Shown: piece by piece, positions 8,886 to 21,166 of the stretch
Numbering within the stretch: position 1 is the stretch's first letter
Layout: every line of letters begins with the position of its first letter
Program-made: the position numbers and the translations under genes
The notes under the pieces: model-generated
What the model was told of the DNA's origin: nothing
Databases searched by the model: none
The model's input: only the letters and a program-made list of their open reading frames with translations
From: an uncultured Candidatus Sumerlaeota bacterium
GTDB lineage: Bacteria > Sumerlaeota > Sumerlaeia > UBA8349
Direction of reading: 5' to 3'
Length of the DNA: 64,000 nt
NCBI GenBank assembly: GCA_942493245.1
Contig: OW818685.1
Span: forward strand, 4,194,973 to 4,258,972

Positions 8886-9319
8886 ACCCGAAAACGCTTT
8901 GGACCGGGCTTGTCGTACTGGCCACCGTCCTGCTGGTCGTGCTGGCCCTTCTCACGCGGCCCAAGGCGCCTGGGCCGATCTCCGGTCCGGAGCCAGTCAA
9001 AGCGACCACCAACCCGCTTGATGTCCCTCTTTTGCAACACATGCGCGAGGACGGGCTGGATGTGGGCGCGGAACCGGGACACCTGCTGGTGATCGGACGA
9101 AGCGGGGATGAGGTTTCGCTGACGCTTTCCGACGGACTGCTGGAGTACCTGGGACCGGGTTTCCTCGAACAGTTGGAACTGTCCACTACCCAGACGATGG
9201 TTTCGTGGCAACGTTACGAGCGGTTCCTCAACGACCTCCATGCCCTGATCGTCGCGCGCCACCCGGAAGCCCATGAGCACGAGGAGGGAGAACATTCGGA
9301 GGCGAGTGAAGTGAAATAA
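8882..9319 (+). CDS. Hypothetical membrane-anchored protein
   Basis: ATGA overlap with the upstream gene. N-terminal TM (LVVLATVLLVVLALL). Last gene of the operon. Confidence 0.45.
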   Translation: MNPKTLWTGLVVLATVLLVVLALLTRPKAPGPISGPEPVKATTNPLDVPLLQHMREDGLDVGAEPGHLLVIGRSGDEVSLTLSDGLLEYLGPGFLEQLELSTTQTMVSWQRYERFLNDLHALIVARHPEAHEHEEGEHSEASEVK

Positions 9320-9435
9320 TCGCGGCCCGGCGTATTCTCTCTTCATCGGTTTTCACCGCATTGGCAATAAACGCCGAGCCGGAGATGGTGAATCTGAAGG
9401 GATTCTCGTTGCATCGGTGTATTTAAACTGGATAC

Positions 9436-9518
9436 CGTATGGGAGGGTGGGCGTCCCGCCGGCCTGAAAGAAAAACGGGACGAAGGCGTTCGACTCCGGT
9501 TTTTAAACGTCACCTCCC
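9436..9518 (+). repeat. Family R1 element, copy 2
   Basis: tatgggagggtgggcgtcccgccggcctgaaagaaaaacgggacgaaggcgttcgactccggttttt aligns with the copy at 1466-1550. Confidence 0.55.
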
Positions 9519-9921
9519 CGCTGTAGATACCAACCGCTGTTGTGTTGCCAACCCGGCAGAAATAGTCATGCTTCGTGGCAGTTGTGTCAGGGTGTAAGTT
9601 CCCGTCATTGAGAATTTCTTTCCTTGCCTTTTACCTGTTTCAAGCGTATGCCTGCCAATCGGTGACCGATATAGAGTGCCGGGGGAAGACCCAAAGATAC
9701 AGGGAACAGACCAAAACGTTACCCGGAAATTTCCCGGTGGAGAGACCCCATAACACAACCAGACGCTCAATTCTGTCAAACTCGGCGATGGCGGGAAATG
9801 GACAGAAACAAACTCAACAGGAACGGTTCTTGTGGCAATCGGAAGATCCGGCGGTGTAAGATGCAGCCGCCATTCAAATCCGCCAACACGTCTTATGCGA
9901 AAATGAAGGAGGCTTCACCCC

Positions 9922-10955
9922 ATGATTCTGACCAGACGTATCGTTCTCATATGTCTTTTGTTCAACATCGCCCTCTGGGCGAGCGCCGAGACCAAGATCC
10001 GGTTCGGGCATTTCCCGAACGTCACGCACACCCAGGGGGTCATCGCCCGGCACCTTTCGAGCGCGGGCAAGGGGTGGTTCGAGTCGAAGCTCGGCCCCGA
10101 CGTCAAGATCGACTGGTATGCCTACAATGCCGGCCCCACCGCCATGGAGGCCATTTTCACCAACTCGCTCGACATCACCTATGTCGGCCCGAACCCCAGC
10201 CTCAACGCCTATATCAAATCCAAGGGCGCGGAAATCCGCGTAATCGCGGGCGCCTGTTACGGCGGGGCGGCCCTGATCGTCCACGATGACGGTTCGATCC
10301 AGAAACCGGAGGATTTCCGGGGCAAGAAGATCGCCACTCCGCAACTGGGCAACACGCAGGACGTTTCGTGCCGTTCGTGGCTGGTCAATCAGGGCTTCAA
10401 GGTCACCAACACGGGCGGGGACGTCAACGTCATCCCCACCCAGAATCCGGACCAGTTGCTGTTGTTCAAGACGGGCGGACTCGATGCGGTGTGGACCGTC
10501 GAGCCGTGGGTCTCGCGCCTCGAGATGGAGGCGAAGGGCAAGTCTTTTCTGGAGGAGACCGACAGCCTGACCACGGTGCTCGTCTGCAGCGCCAAGTTTC
10601 TGAAAGAGAATCCCGAACTGGTGAAGAAGATCGCCATCGCCCACGCGGAACTGACCGAGTGGGTCAAGCAGAATCCGGCGGAGGCCCAGCAGATGGTGGT
10701 GGACGAATTGACCGCCCTGACCAAGGCGCCGATGCCGCTCGAACTGGTTCAGCACTCCTGGAAACGCCTCAACTTCAATTACAAGATCGACCAGAAAACG
10801 TTCGAAACCTTCCTGGCGGGCGCGCAAAAGGCCGGCTTCCTGAAAGAGGCCGGAGACCTGAAAAGTCTGGTGGTTCTGCCCGCGGGAGAGAATCCCCTCC
10901 CGGCGGCAGCCGCCACGGCGCCGGTCGCCCCCAATCCCCCGCAGGAGCCTGTCAA

Positions 10956-10959
<4 letters not shown>
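9922..10959 (+). CDS. ABC transporter substrate-binding protein, NitT/TauT (SsuA/TauA-like) family
   Basis: 345 aa with a signal peptide. Resembles aliphatic sulfonate/taurine/nitrate-binding proteins (…VWTVEPWVSR…). Confidence 0.75.
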
Positions 10960-11779
<820 letters not shown>

Positions 11780-11783
<4 letters not shown>

Positions 11784-12553
11784 AACGGTTTTTCCGGGCA
11801 GGCGCGTTCTTTGTTCTCGTTCTTCTGGTCTGGCATTATGGGGCGTCGTACGCCGTGCGGAAGGAGTGGTTGTCGCCCATTCTGGCGCCCGACCCCCTGA
11901 GCGTCGGACAGTACATCTGGGGCGCTTTTCGCGACGGCTCCCTGGTCACGGCCATCTGGGTCACGCTGCGGCGTCTGCTGGTGGGATACTCGATGGGACT
12001 GGCGATCGGCCTGCCGCTGGGGTTGCTGACCTCGCAATTCAAGGCGTTCCGCGACACCATCGGCCTGGTGGCGCTCGGACTCCAGACGCTGCCGAGCGTC
12101 TGCTGGGTTCCCCTGGCGCTGCTGTGGTTCCAGCAATCGGAAAAGGCGATGTTTTTTGTCGTCATCATGGGATCGCTCTGGTCCGTGCTCATCGCCACCG
12201 AGACGGGCGTGCGCAACATGCCCCCCATCTACGTGCGGGCGGCCCGCACCATGGGCTCGCGCGGCCTGCACACCTGGCTCAAGGTCATCCTGCCCGCCTC
12301 GCTCCCCTTCCTGGTCAGCGGCATGAAACAGGGCTGGGCGTTTGCCTGGCGCTCGCTCATGGCGGCGGAAATCTACGTGACCATCCTGACCGGCGACGGC
12401 CTGGGACGGCTCCTGCACTACGGGCGCGAACTCATCGCCATGGACCAGGTGCTCGGCGTCATGGTCGTCATCGTGCTGATCGGCCTGATGGCCGACAAAA
12501 TCATCTTCTCGCCCTGGGAACGCTTCCTGCACCGACGATGGGGCCTGATCTGA
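11780..12553 (+). CDS. ABC transporter permease, NitT/TauT family (SsuC/TauC-like)
   Basis: ATGA overlap. Binding-protein-dependent permease (…ARTMGSRGLHTWLKVILPASLPF…). Confidence 0.8.
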
Positions 12554-12634
12554 GACGCGTCCCCCCACAAAAAACCCGGGAAATCGGGTGCAGAGAGACT
12601 GCAACCTCAGGAAGAAACCACGGAATACACCTTC

Positions 12635-14446
12635 TCAGAAGGGTTTGAAGATAATGTTTTTCTCCTGCAGGACGGCTTTCATCTTGTCCACTTGATCGTC
12701 GAGCGGGTGGGCGGTGTCCAGGCGCAGGTCGCAGGGGAGGTCGGACGGAACCTCGTCGCCCATCCACACCACCACCATCCGCCCTTCGCCCACCGTGGTC
12801 TCGATCAGGTCCAGTTCCGCCCGCTTCAGGTTCACCGCCGTCACGACCAGCAGCACCCCCGCGTCCAGGAGCAGGTGGGCCACCTCGGCCAGGCGGCGCA
12901 GGTGCTCCGTGCCGTCGCCCGCCTGCCCGGCCACCTTGATGTCGGCGTCCACGCCGTAGAGCACGTTGCCGATCCCGAGGAAGTACACCACCTTCCCTTC
13001 CTCGAAGAGGCGACTCTCGAGGGCCTTGGCAAACGTCTTTTTCCCGGTGTCCCGGTTTCCTGTCACCAGAATCAGCGTCGGGCGCTGGTTGTATTTCTCC
13101 GCGCGCCGCTCGCGCGGAATCCGGCTGGTCTCCCACTTCATGTTGCGCAGCAGCACGTGGCTGCGCAACGCTTCGTACTCGTCCTCGAGCGCCTCGCGCA
13201 GAATGCCCCCGCCCCGGATCTCGAAACGGTCCACGATCACGAAACGGCTCGTGCGGGCGTTGTCCTCGGCCGGATCGAACGCCACGGCGCGCCGCGTCCG
13301 CAGGATGCACTCGGCCACCGCGTGCCGCTCGACCCGGTCGGATTCCGGGGACACGCTCAGGTCCGACGCGTCAATGACCCGGAGGATCTTTTCGACCCAC
13401 ACGGGCGTGCGCGCGCCGCCCATCTTGAGCAGGTACTCGCGCCCCACCCGCAACGGCTCGCGCCCCATCCAGAAGAGGCTGGCGCGCACCCGCGTGGCCA
13501 CCCTGGGCGGCGGTTCCGAGGCCCGGCAGGCCAGTTCGCCCCGGGTCACGTAAATCTGTTCGTCGAGCGTCAGCGCCGTGGCCTCGCCCGCGCTGGTCCG
13601 CGTCTGGGGCGGCTTGTTGAACGCTTCGATCGTGGCCACGCGGCTCCGTTTGCCCGAGGGGAAGAACACCAGTTCGTCGCCCACATCCAGTGTCCCCGAA
13701 TCCACGGTCCCGGCCACGAGCCGGCGCTTGTCGCCCGACCCGGTGAATTTGTACACGTCCTGCACGGGCAGACGAAACGGCTGGTCGAGCGCCTGCGGTT
13801 CCTTTTCAAAACGGTCGAGCGCCTCGAGCACAGTCGGGCCGGTGTACCACGACATCCGTTCCCCCGCCTGCGCGATGTTGTCCCCGAATCGCCCGCTGGC
13901 CGGCACGATGAAGCGCGCCTCGACGCCGATCTCGCGCAGGAACGCCGTGTAGTTTTCGACGATGGCGGAAAAGACCGGCTCGCTGTAATCCACCAGGTCC
14001 ATCTTGTTGACCACGACGGCCAGCTGTCGCACTCCCAGGAGGGCGAGCATGTAGCCGTGACGGCGCGAGTTCTCGCGCACGCCCTCTTCCGCGTCGATGA
14101 CCAGGAGCGCCGCCTCGGCCCGCGACGCGCCCGTGATCATGTTCTTGAGAAACTCGATGTGGCCCGGCGCGTCGAGGATCAGGTAATCGCGCTGGGCGGT
14201 CTTGAAGAACACCCGCGCGGCGTCGATCGTGATCCCCTGGGACATCTCGTCCTTGAGCGCGTCGAGGAGGAACGCGTACTCGAACGGCTTCGAGTTGCGT
14301 TCGCACAGCGCGCGCACCTGGTCGAGCTTGCCCACGGGCAACGACCCCGTGTCGGCCAGCAGGCGGCCCATGACGGTGCTTTTGCCGTGGTCCACATGAC
14401 CGGCAATGACGATGCTCATCTGTTCGCGTTGGGCCGTGTTGTCCAT
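12635..14446 (-). CDS. cysNC: Sulfate adenylyltransferase subunit 1 (CysN GTPase) fused to an APS-kinase-like C-terminal domain (CysNC)
   Basis: GHVDHGKST / DAPGH / NKMD GTPase motifs. C-terminal domain with a P-loop-like GNRDTGKKT. See the finding on degeneracy. Confidence 0.8.
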   Translation of the reverse strand: MDNTAQREQMSIVIAGHVDHGKSTVMGRLLADTGSLPVGKLDQVRALCERNSKPFEYAFLLDALKDEMSQGITIDAARVFFKTAQRDYLILDAPGHIEFLKNMITGASRAEAALLVIDAEEGVRENSRRHGYMLALLGVRQLAVVVNKMDLVDYSEPVFSAIVENYTAFLREIGVEARFIVPASGRFGDNIAQAGERMSWYTGPTVLEALDRFEKEPQALDQPFRLPVQDVYKFTGSGDKRRLVAGTVDSGTLDVGDELVFFPSGKRSRVATIEAFNKPPQTRTSAGEATALTLDEQIYVTRGELACRASEPPPRVATRVRASLFWMGREPLRVGREYLLKMGGARTPVWVEKILRVIDASDLSVSPESDRVERHAVAECILRTRRAVAFDPAEDNARTSRFVIVDRFEIRGGGILREALEDEYEALRSHVLLRNMKWETSRIPRERRAEKYNQRPTLILVTGNRDTGKKTFAKALESRLFEEGKVVYFLGIGNVLYGVDADIKVAGQAGDGTEHLRRLAEVAHLLLDAGVLLVVTAVNLKRAELDLIETTVGEGRMVVVWMGDEVPSDLPCDLRLDTAHPLDDQVDKMKAVLQEKNIIFKPF

Positions 14447-14505
14447 TCGGATTGTCTCTCGCAGACCTCAGTTTTCGATTTCATCCCATTTCGGGGACAG
14501 ATTTT

Positions 14506-15435
14506 TCACATATACCCGTCGCGCCGCAGGGTTTCGAGCCCGCCCCCGTCCTCGGCGTCCTGGGCGCGCCCGGCGCGCTCGGCAATGTTCGAGAACCGCC
14601 CGGTCCGCAGTTCCTCGATGATCTCCCTCGGACTCGTCGCTTTCGATTCGACCGGGTTGGTGCAGGGGTGACATCCCAGTGAACGAAAACGCTTCCCCGT
14701 CCCCTGGTCGTAATAGAGGGACACCGTCGGGATCTTCTCGCGCTCGATGTACTCCCAGATGTTCAGCTCCGTCCAGTCGAGCAGCGGGTGGATGCGCACG
14801 TGCGTCCCCGGCGCGAAGTCCGTCTTGTACTGGTTCCAGAACTCCGGCGGCTGGTCCCCCACGTCCCACTCGTTGTCCCGGTCGCGCGGCGAAAAAACCC
14901 GCTCCTTCGACCGCGACCCTTCCTCGTCCGACCGCACCCCCACGATCACCCCCGTGAACGGCTCGGTGTTCGCGTCCACCTCATAGCGCCCCACCGAGAG
15001 GTTGAACCGGTAACGCGGCCACAGCCCGCTGAGCGTGTGCTTGAGCGCCTCGGTCTTGAGCGCCTTGCAACAGGCCAGGCGGTCCACCGCCCCGTCGGGG
15101 AACGTCTGGCGCTCGCGCAGGGCCGACTCGTTCTGGCCATAGATCATCGTCAGCCCCCACTCGGCCGTCATCCGGTCGCGGTAGGCTATCATCTCCGGAA
15201 TCTTGTACGCCGTGTCAATATGCACGAGCGGAAACGGCACATGCCCCAGAAACGCCTTGCGCGCCAGCCAGAGGAGGACCGTGCTGTCCTTGCCGATGGA
15301 CCAGAGCATGCACAGGCTCTTGAAATTCGCATACGCCTCGCGCAGAATGTGAACGCTGCCGTTTTCCAAATGGTCCAAATGATCCATGCGTCTGTCGCTC
15401 CAGTGTTTTCGTACCGCCGACATCCCAGCCGACAC
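14506..15435 (-). CDS. cysD: Sulfate adenylyltransferase subunit 2 (CysD, PAPS-reductase fold)
   Basis: ...[19 protein letters not shown]...[13 protein letters not shown]...LGCHPCT... Immediately upstream of cysN on the same strand. Confidence 0.85.
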   Translation of the reverse strand: MSAGMSAVRKHWSDRRMDHLDHLENGSVHILREAYANFKSLCMLWSIGKDSTVLLWLARKAFLGHVPFPLVHIDTAYKIPEMIAYRDRMTAEWGLTMIYGQNESALRERQTFPDGAVDRLACCKALKTEALKHTLSGLWPRYRFNLSVGRYEVDANTEPFTGVIVGVRSDEEGSRSKERVFSPRDRDNEWDVGDQPPEFWNQYKTDFAPGTHVRIHPLLDWTELNIWEYIEREKIPTVSLYYDQGTGKRFRSLGCHPCTNPVESKATSPREIIEELRTGRFSNIAERAGRAQDAEDGGGLETLRRDGYM

Positions 15436-15840
15436 CTGTGGTTTGCGGTCTTTACCCCACAGGACAAGCAGACAGGGTAGAGAAAATGTCCTGAAAAGTC
15501 AAGGGTTCCCCAAAATAGATATTTCTCCCTGATCTTCATGTTTCTGTCGCCCCTCCTGGGCTTCATCTTATTTTACGGCCTATTTCGTGGGCTGCTTTCG
15601 GTCACCCACGGCTGGCTTGCAGCCTGCGCAGCAACTCACCGTCGCTCCCTCCGGGGGCTGAAAACAGGAAAATACTCTCTCGATCTTTCGAGCCTTCAGA
15701 CCCAAGATGAAGAATCAAGGCCAGAGCGACCGAAGTCCGAAAAGGTTGGCAAGCGCCCGCTTGCCTCTGGTATGGTGAGAGTCACCCGTGGCGAACCCCT
15801 TCGCCGTGAGTCATCTGAATTGAACAAAAAGCGTCCCGAA

Positions 15841-17685
15841 ATGTCCGAAACCCAGCTCTCCCCCCTTCCCCCCGTTCCTTCTCGACCCAGTGTGGGACCT
15901 ACGTCCTCGCCGGTCCGGTCTTCCCGCGCCCGGAAGCGTTACCGCGCGGCGTTACAGTGGGGAAGCGGTTTGGCGGCGGTCGCGCTTCTGGCGCTGACGC
16001 TGATTTGCGTCCACCTGCGGCCCAACGACCAACCCGTCCGGATCGTCAGTACCGACTATTGGGAAAACGCCCGGCTTGTGGGCCTGCTGATTTTCTCACT
16101 GGACAGCGGCGACGGTCTGGTCTTCAAAAAAGACAATGTGTTGCAGAAAACCCCCTACGTCATCGGTCTGGCCTGGGCCGGCCACCTTCTGGGGTGGAAC
16201 GCCCACCAGGTGTTCCTGACGATGGGCACGCTCAATGTGTTGCTTCTGGGGGTGGCGCTGGTGCGGTTCGGGCGGCGGTGGACCCACCGCCGGGTTCCGT
16301 GGGGGTTTCTGATCGTTGTCCCGTTGCTTTTTTGGGGAAAAGGCTTTTTTCAGAGTAATGAATATCACCTGGCCACCCTGCCCATGACAGCGGCCTACCC
16401 CTCGACGTTCTCGTTCGCCCTGTCGCTTTTGTCGCTCAGCCTGCTGGCGGATGTTTGTCGTCTGGGCCGGGACCGCACGGGCCGCGCGATCGCGTGGGTG
16501 GCCGCTGCCGCGCTGCTGGCCGCCGTGGCCCTGAGTCACCTGTTGACCTTTCTCTGCTTCTTCGTGCCCACAGCGGGTTTGACCGGTCTTTTTCTGGCGC
16601 GGTCGAAGCGGGCCTGGGGTCTGAGCCTCCTGGTCTTTCCCGCCATCGCCGTTTGTCTTCTTTTCTGGCCCTGGCCCGAGATCGCCTGCAAACCGCTCCT
16701 GACCTATCTGAATATGGAAAAGACCGGAACGCCGGAAAAACAGAACGCCGCGCCTGAACTCGCCGCTGAAGAGAAAAAGAGCGACTCGGAAGCCTCCCGG
16801 GAGGAGAAAGTTTCGTTCGACCCGGACGTGTATGAGAAGCACTACAAGATCAACAAGATGCTGAACCGCGCCCCCGCGATCTGCTGGGGATTCGGCCTGT
16901 TGGCCGTCCTGTGCGTTTTCCGCCGCAAGCGGCGCGAGGTGTGGGGTCTGGCCGCTGCCGCGCTCCTGTTTCTGCTCGCCTGGGCCGTTACGGGGTACCT
17001 GTCCAAGATCGTGATGGGACACCCGATCACGATGGGTTACCGCTTTCTCTACTTTTGCGGATTGTTTCTCCAACTGGCCGCCGTGCGCTGTGTGTGGGAT
17101 TTTTCTGCAGGCCCGCGCCGGTGGTGGCTTGTCAGTGCGATGGCGCTTCTGTTTGTGCTGATCCCCGGACGCGACTGCCTGAAAGAAAGCCAGGAACGTT
17201 ACTTTGGCTCCTGGCCCCCCGTTTTCATTCCCTCCGCCCAACTGGACGAAATCCGCGCCTTGACCGGCCGCCAGACCGTTCTGGCCGGAAACGACGTCTC
17301 GTATTATCTCCCCGCTTTCAACATCAAGAGCGGTTGGGTCGGGCGCATGCAGCGCAGCGACGTAAACCCGCTGAACCCAATTGTCCGAACTTGGCTCAAT
17401 AATCAGACCGACGAGAACCTCGCCCGGGTCGCGCAACTCGAGAAGATTGACGCCCACTGGCTCCTGTTTGACAAGACGCTGGATGGTGACGCTGCCCCGC
17501 CACGCGCCACCAAACCCGATTCCAACGTTGTGGTCCTGCGCCTGCCCGCCGAGTCTCCCCTGCTCCAGAGAGTTTTCGAGAACGAGCGGTACATCCTGTT
17601 CCACATCCAGAGGGAGGCCCCCGCGTCTTCCCTCTCCCCGACTCCGGCTCCCGAAGCGGGCGGTGCAACGGGGGGGGCGTCGTGA
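15841..17685 (+). CDS. Large polytopic membrane protein (roughly 12 TM). Possibly a glycosyltransferase or polymerase of the GT39/83/O-antigen-polymerase type. Function unknown.
   Basis: ORF 15538..17685. The first about 100 codons overlap a repeat hairpin and are probably not coding. Candidate starts are MV at 15772 and MSETQ at 15841. Basic N-tail, then many TM helices, then a soluble C-terminal domain. Confidence 0.5.
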   Translation: MSETQLSPLPPVPSRPSVGPTSSPVRSSRARKRYRAALQWGSGLAAVALLALTLICVHLRPNDQPVRIVSTDYWENARLVGLLIFSLDSGDGLVFKKDNVLQKTPYVIGLAWAGHLLGWNAHQVFLTMGTLNVLLLGVALVRFGRRWTHRRVPWGFLIVVPLLFWGKGFFQSNEYHLATLPMTAAYPSTFSFALSLLSLSLLADVCRLGRDRTGRAIAWVAAAALLAAVALSHLLTFLCFFVPTAGLTGLFLARSKRAWGLSLLVFPAIAVCLLFWPWPEIACKPLLTYLNMEKTGTPEKQNAAPELAAEEKKSDSEASREEKVSFDPDVYEKHYKINKMLNRAPAICWGFGLLAVLCVFRRKRREVWGLAAAALLFLLAWAVTGYLSKIVMGHPITMGYRFLYFCGLFLQLAAVRCVWDFSAGPRRWWLVSAMALLFVLIPGRDCLKESQERYFGSWPPVFIPSAQLDEIRALTGRQTVLAGNDVSYYLPAFNIKSGWVGRMQRSDVNPLNPIVRTWLNNQTDENLARVAQLEKIDAHWLLFDKTLDGDAAPPRATKPDSNVVVLRLPAESPLLQRVFENERYILFHIQREAPASSLSPTPAPEAGGATGGAS

Positions 17686-17754
17686 CGCCTTGAAATTCAT
17701 CGTTGCCTGGCACGGAGGCCCGCTCCCATTTTCCATGCGTCGAGAATGCTCTTT

Positions 17755-17845
17755 TCAACCGCAGTTGAACGCCTATCGTCCGGTTTTTCTTTCAGGCGGG
17801 CGGGACGCCCGCCCTCCCAGAAAGGCCATTTTTATGGGGCCAGGT
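17755..17845 (-). repeat. Family R1 element, copy 3 (reverse orientation)
   Basis: The reverse complement reads ctgggagggcgggcgtcccgcccgcctgaaagaaaaaccggacgataggcgttcaactgcgg. Confidence 0.5.
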
Positions 17846-18437
17846 CAAAACCCTTTTGCTCCATGACGCAAGAACAAAGGATTCGTTTTCCGTCCTCAAC
17901 TGCGGTTTTTAGCAAATCACTGTCGTCCCACGGCGGTCTGATTGGGGTTAGTCAAACCAAAAACCCTCTGCATTTTTGACCCGTTCGATCCTATTTTTCC
18001 GCCCCCCCTTTTGCGGATTTTCGGGGAGCGCATTCCCATTCCTTTGTCTGGCAGGGCGCCTGCTATCCCACAGAAGGGGAGCAAACCGCTCACCAACACG
18101 CCATCCCAGCGCACGAGCGCAACAACAGAAGAGCCATTTGAACTGGACCGAGCCTGGTGAGATTGGCCAGAGCGTTCGGGATCGTCCTGCGCCAGACGTA
18201 TGTGCGTTTGGGCAAGCGGACGCTGGGCCAGCAGTCAGGTTAAGCCCACGCCCACCCGGATTCTGCGGAGACATGTTCGGTAAAAATGTTTGGCAATTTG
18301 TGTCCCTGCCGATTAAGATCGGTAGGATTTTTACCCACATACGGGTAAGGAATTGTCTCGCAAGGACTGAGCCATTGACCGCAAGTGATCCCAAACACAA
18401 AACGACCTTTCTGGATATCCAACCGGCGAAAAGGTGG

Positions 18438-19388
18438 ATGTCGTTGAACCTGAGGGAAATGTGGCTCTCGCGCGATCTGTTTCTGATCCTCGTTCTGCGT
18501 GACATCCAACTCAAATACCGTCAGACGTTGCTTGGCTTCGCGTGGGCCTTGCTGGTACCGCTGATCAACATGTTGGTGCTCGGCACGATTTTCGGGCGGA
18601 TGGCCAAAGTTCATACTGACGGGTTGGATCCCTATGTCTTCTATCTGGCCGCCTTGGTTCCCTGGCAATACTTCGCCAGTTCCCTCAACACATCGAGCAA
18701 CTCCCTGGTGGGCAACGAGAGTTTCCTGACGAAGATCTACCTGCCCCGTCTGTTCATTCCCACTTCGTCCTGTGTGGCCAATCTGGTGGATTTCCTTCTC
18801 GCTTTCGGGCTGCTCCTGATTCTCATGTACGTGAAACACGTGCCGGTGGCGGCGACCATCGTGTTGATTCCGGCGGTGATGGTTCTGGCGTTTCTAACCG
18901 CCTCGGGAGTGGGGATGATCCTCTCGGCGGTCAACGTCAAGTACCGCGATGTGCGGTTTGTGGTCCCGTTTCTGATCCAGATCTGGATGTACGTGACGAT
19001 TCTGATCCCGTTCAGCATGGTGCCGACTCAAATTCAGGGGCGCGATCTGGGAGGGTGGCGTTACGCCTACGCGCTGAATCCGATGGTGGCGGTGGTCGAA
19101 GGAACCCGCTGGTGCCTGATGCACCCGATCATGACCGGATCCCATACCGAACGCATCCTGCTGGAGGACCGGACGGTTCCCGAGACCCTGACGAAGAATC
19201 AGAGTATCGAGGTGGAAAAGCCCCAGGACGGGGGGAGTGTGCGGGTGTATCGGCTGGATGTCAAGTCCGACAGTCTCGAGCCGCCGTGGATCGTGATGCT
19301 GGTGGGTTCCTGTTCCGGGCTGATGTTGTTTGTGGGTGGGTTGTATTACTTCAAGCGGTTGGAGAAGATGTTCGCCGACATTGTGTGA
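18438..19388 (+). CDS. wzm: ABC-2 type polysaccharide/O-antigen export permease (Wzm/KpsM/TagG family)
   Basis: N-terminus ...REMWLSRDLFLILVLRDIQLKYRQTLLGFAWALLVPL... is the Wzm signature. RBS aaggtgg before ATG 18438. An alternative start at 18273 is possible. Confidence 0.75.
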   Translation: MSLNLREMWLSRDLFLILVLRDIQLKYRQTLLGFAWALLVPLINMLVLGTIFGRMAKVHTDGLDPYVFYLAALVPWQYFASSLNTSSNSLVGNESFLTKIYLPRLFIPTSSCVANLVDFLLAFGLLLILMYVKHVPVAATIVLIPAVMVLAFLTASGVGMILSAVNVKYRDVRFVVPFLIQIWMYVTILIPFSMVPTQIQGRDLGGWRYAYALNPMVAVVEGTRWCLMHPIMTGSHTERILLEDRTVPETLTKNQSIEVEKPQDGGSVRVYRLDVKSDSLEPPWIVMLVGSCSGLMLFVGGLYYFKRLEKMFADIV

Positions 19389-19404
19389 GATGGGCCGAGG
19401 GGTC

Positions 19405-20772
19405 ATGAGTTCCAACGAAATCGCCATCCAGATCGAGAATATCGGCAAGCGTTACCAACTGGGCAACGTGGTGGATCTGTCGCGGACTCTGCGCGAGTTG
19501 ATCATGGATTTGCCGCGTCAGATCGGCAATTGCACCGGTCTGCGTCGCCCGGACGAGGCTGAGAACGAGCCGATCCGCCCCGGCCAGCTGTCCAGCCAGA
19601 ATGTGGATGAGTCGCAGATCGAAGGGCGTTCGCTGACCGGTTCGCCGATGTTCTGGGCGTTGCGCGATATCAGCTTCAACGTCCATCAGGGCGACGTGGT
19701 GGGAGTAATCGGACGCAACGGCGCCGGCAAATCCACTCTTCTCAAAATTCTGTCCCGCATCACAACCCCCACGACGGGGCGGGTGCGGCTCTGGGGCCGG
19801 GTGGGCGCCCTGCTCGAGGTGGGCACCGGTTTCAGCCCCGAACTGACCGGGCGAGAGAACATTTACCTGAACGGTACCATCCTGGGGATGCGTAAAGCCG
19901 AGGTTCAGAGCAAATTCGACGAGATTGTCGCCTTCTCGGGAACCGAAGAGTTCCTCGAAACGCCGGTCAAGCGCTATTCCAGCGGGATGCGCGTGCGGTT
20001 AGCCTTCGCGGTGGCGGCCTACCTGGAGCCGGAGATTCTGATCATTGATGAAGTGTTGGCCGTGGGCGACAGCCAGTTCCAGAAAAAATGCATGGGGAAA
20101 CTCGACGAAGCGGCCAAGGCGGGGCGCACGATCTTTTTTGTGAGCCACAACATGGCCGCCGTATCGGGGTTGTGCAACCGTTGCGCCTATCTCAAGCATG
20201 GCCAGTTGGTTGAATACGGCCCGACGGACTCCGTGATCCAGCGCTACCTGGCCGATTTCGACGCCGGGGAGCGTATCTCGCTGGCCGTGCGGACCGATCG
20301 CAGCGGCAACGGCAGCGGCCGCCTGACCGACATCCGGTTTCTCGACGCCCGCACCCGCCAGCCGCTCGACGCGCTTATCAGTGGCCAGGATCTGTTGATT
20401 CAGGTTTCCTACGAAACGCGCAAGGCCACGTTGACGCAACTCGACTCGCTTCAGGTGGATCTGGCGTTCTATACGAATCTGGGACAGTTCGTGATGGCGC
20501 TCAACAGCGAGCAGGCCCAGCGCGCTTTCGAGGGACCGCTCGAACGCGACGGAACGGTCTATTGCCGGATTCCGCGTTTCCCGCTGATGGGCGGCCCGTA
20601 TCGCATCACGGCCACCCTGCTGATCAATGGCGCGTTGGCCGACAACCTCGACGATGTGGCGATGTGCAACGTCGAAGCGGGGGACTATTACGGCACCGGG
20701 TTTTCCAGCGCCGACACCCGCCAGGGGTTTTATGTGGACCATTCCTGGCACACCGATCCCGCGCAGGACTGA
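19405..20772 (+). CDS. wzt: ABC transporter ATP-binding protein Wzt/KpsT-like with a C-terminal carbohydrate-binding domain
   Basis: Walker A GRNGAGKSTLLK, signature YSSGMRVRLAFA, Walker B ILIIDEVLAVGD. An extra about 200-aa C-terminal domain is typical of O-antigen Wzt. Confidence 0.8.
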   Translation: MSSNEIAIQIENIGKRYQLGNVVDLSRTLRELIMDLPRQIGNCTGLRRPDEAENEPIRPGQLSSQNVDESQIEGRSLTGSPMFWALRDISFNVHQGDVVGVIGRNGAGKSTLLKILSRITTPTTGRVRLWGRVGALLEVGTGFSPELTGRENIYLNGTILGMRKAEVQSKFDEIVAFSGTEEFLETPVKRYSSGMRVRLAFAVAAYLEPEILIIDEVLAVGDSQFQKKCMGKLDEAAKAGRTIFFVSHNMAAVSGLCNRCAYLKHGQLVEYGPTDSVIQRYLADFDAGERISLAVRTDRSGNGSGRLTDIRFLDARTRQPLDALISGQDLLIQVSYETRKATLTQLDSLQVDLAFYTNLGQFVMALNSEQAQRAFEGPLERDGTVYCRIPRFPLMGGPYRITATLLINGALADNLDDVAMCNVEAGDYYGTGFSSADTRQGFYVDHSWHTDPAQD

Positions 20773-21166
20773 AACCTGGGGATTCCGGATGGGAAGACCT
20801 TTTTTCGGGGATGAGTGAGTTGTTTCTTCCGAGGCGTTGATCTCTGCGCAAAGGAGAAGGAGGCGTCTCGAAACATCGGACGGTTCTGCCCGAGAGCCGA
20901 CAGAGGAGAACCTGGCGCTTGGGAAATGGGAACTTTGGGATTGCATTTATGCAAGAGGGAATGCAGACTAGGATCGTCCGAAGTGGGACCTAGGGGAACG
21001 CCGCCGGGGCGGCGGGTTCTTCTCTTCCCAGCCGTTTCTTTCTGTCCAACTGAAGTTGGGGGAGCATTATACGTTCCAGGCGGCAGAATCTCTGGAGGAG
21101 GTCAGAGCGTCTTCAGTTGCGCTTGCGAATAGGAAACATGCACACCGACAATGACGGAACGACACC

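Noticed and set aside
12692-14671. 659-aa plus-strand ORF
   Set aside because: It is antisense to cysNC, which has unmistakable GTPase motifs. His/Arg/Pro-rich junk composition.
16096-17736. 546-aa minus-strand ORF
   Set aside because: It is antisense to the large polytopic membrane protein gene. It has an Arg/Gly/Pro-rich low-complexity translation with no domain.
20773-21166. About 390-bp intergenic region between wzt and the first sulfotransferase, with hairpin cgccgcc-g-ggcggcg
   Set aside because: It is probably a terminator/promoter spacer. No ORF or repeat-family match could be supported.
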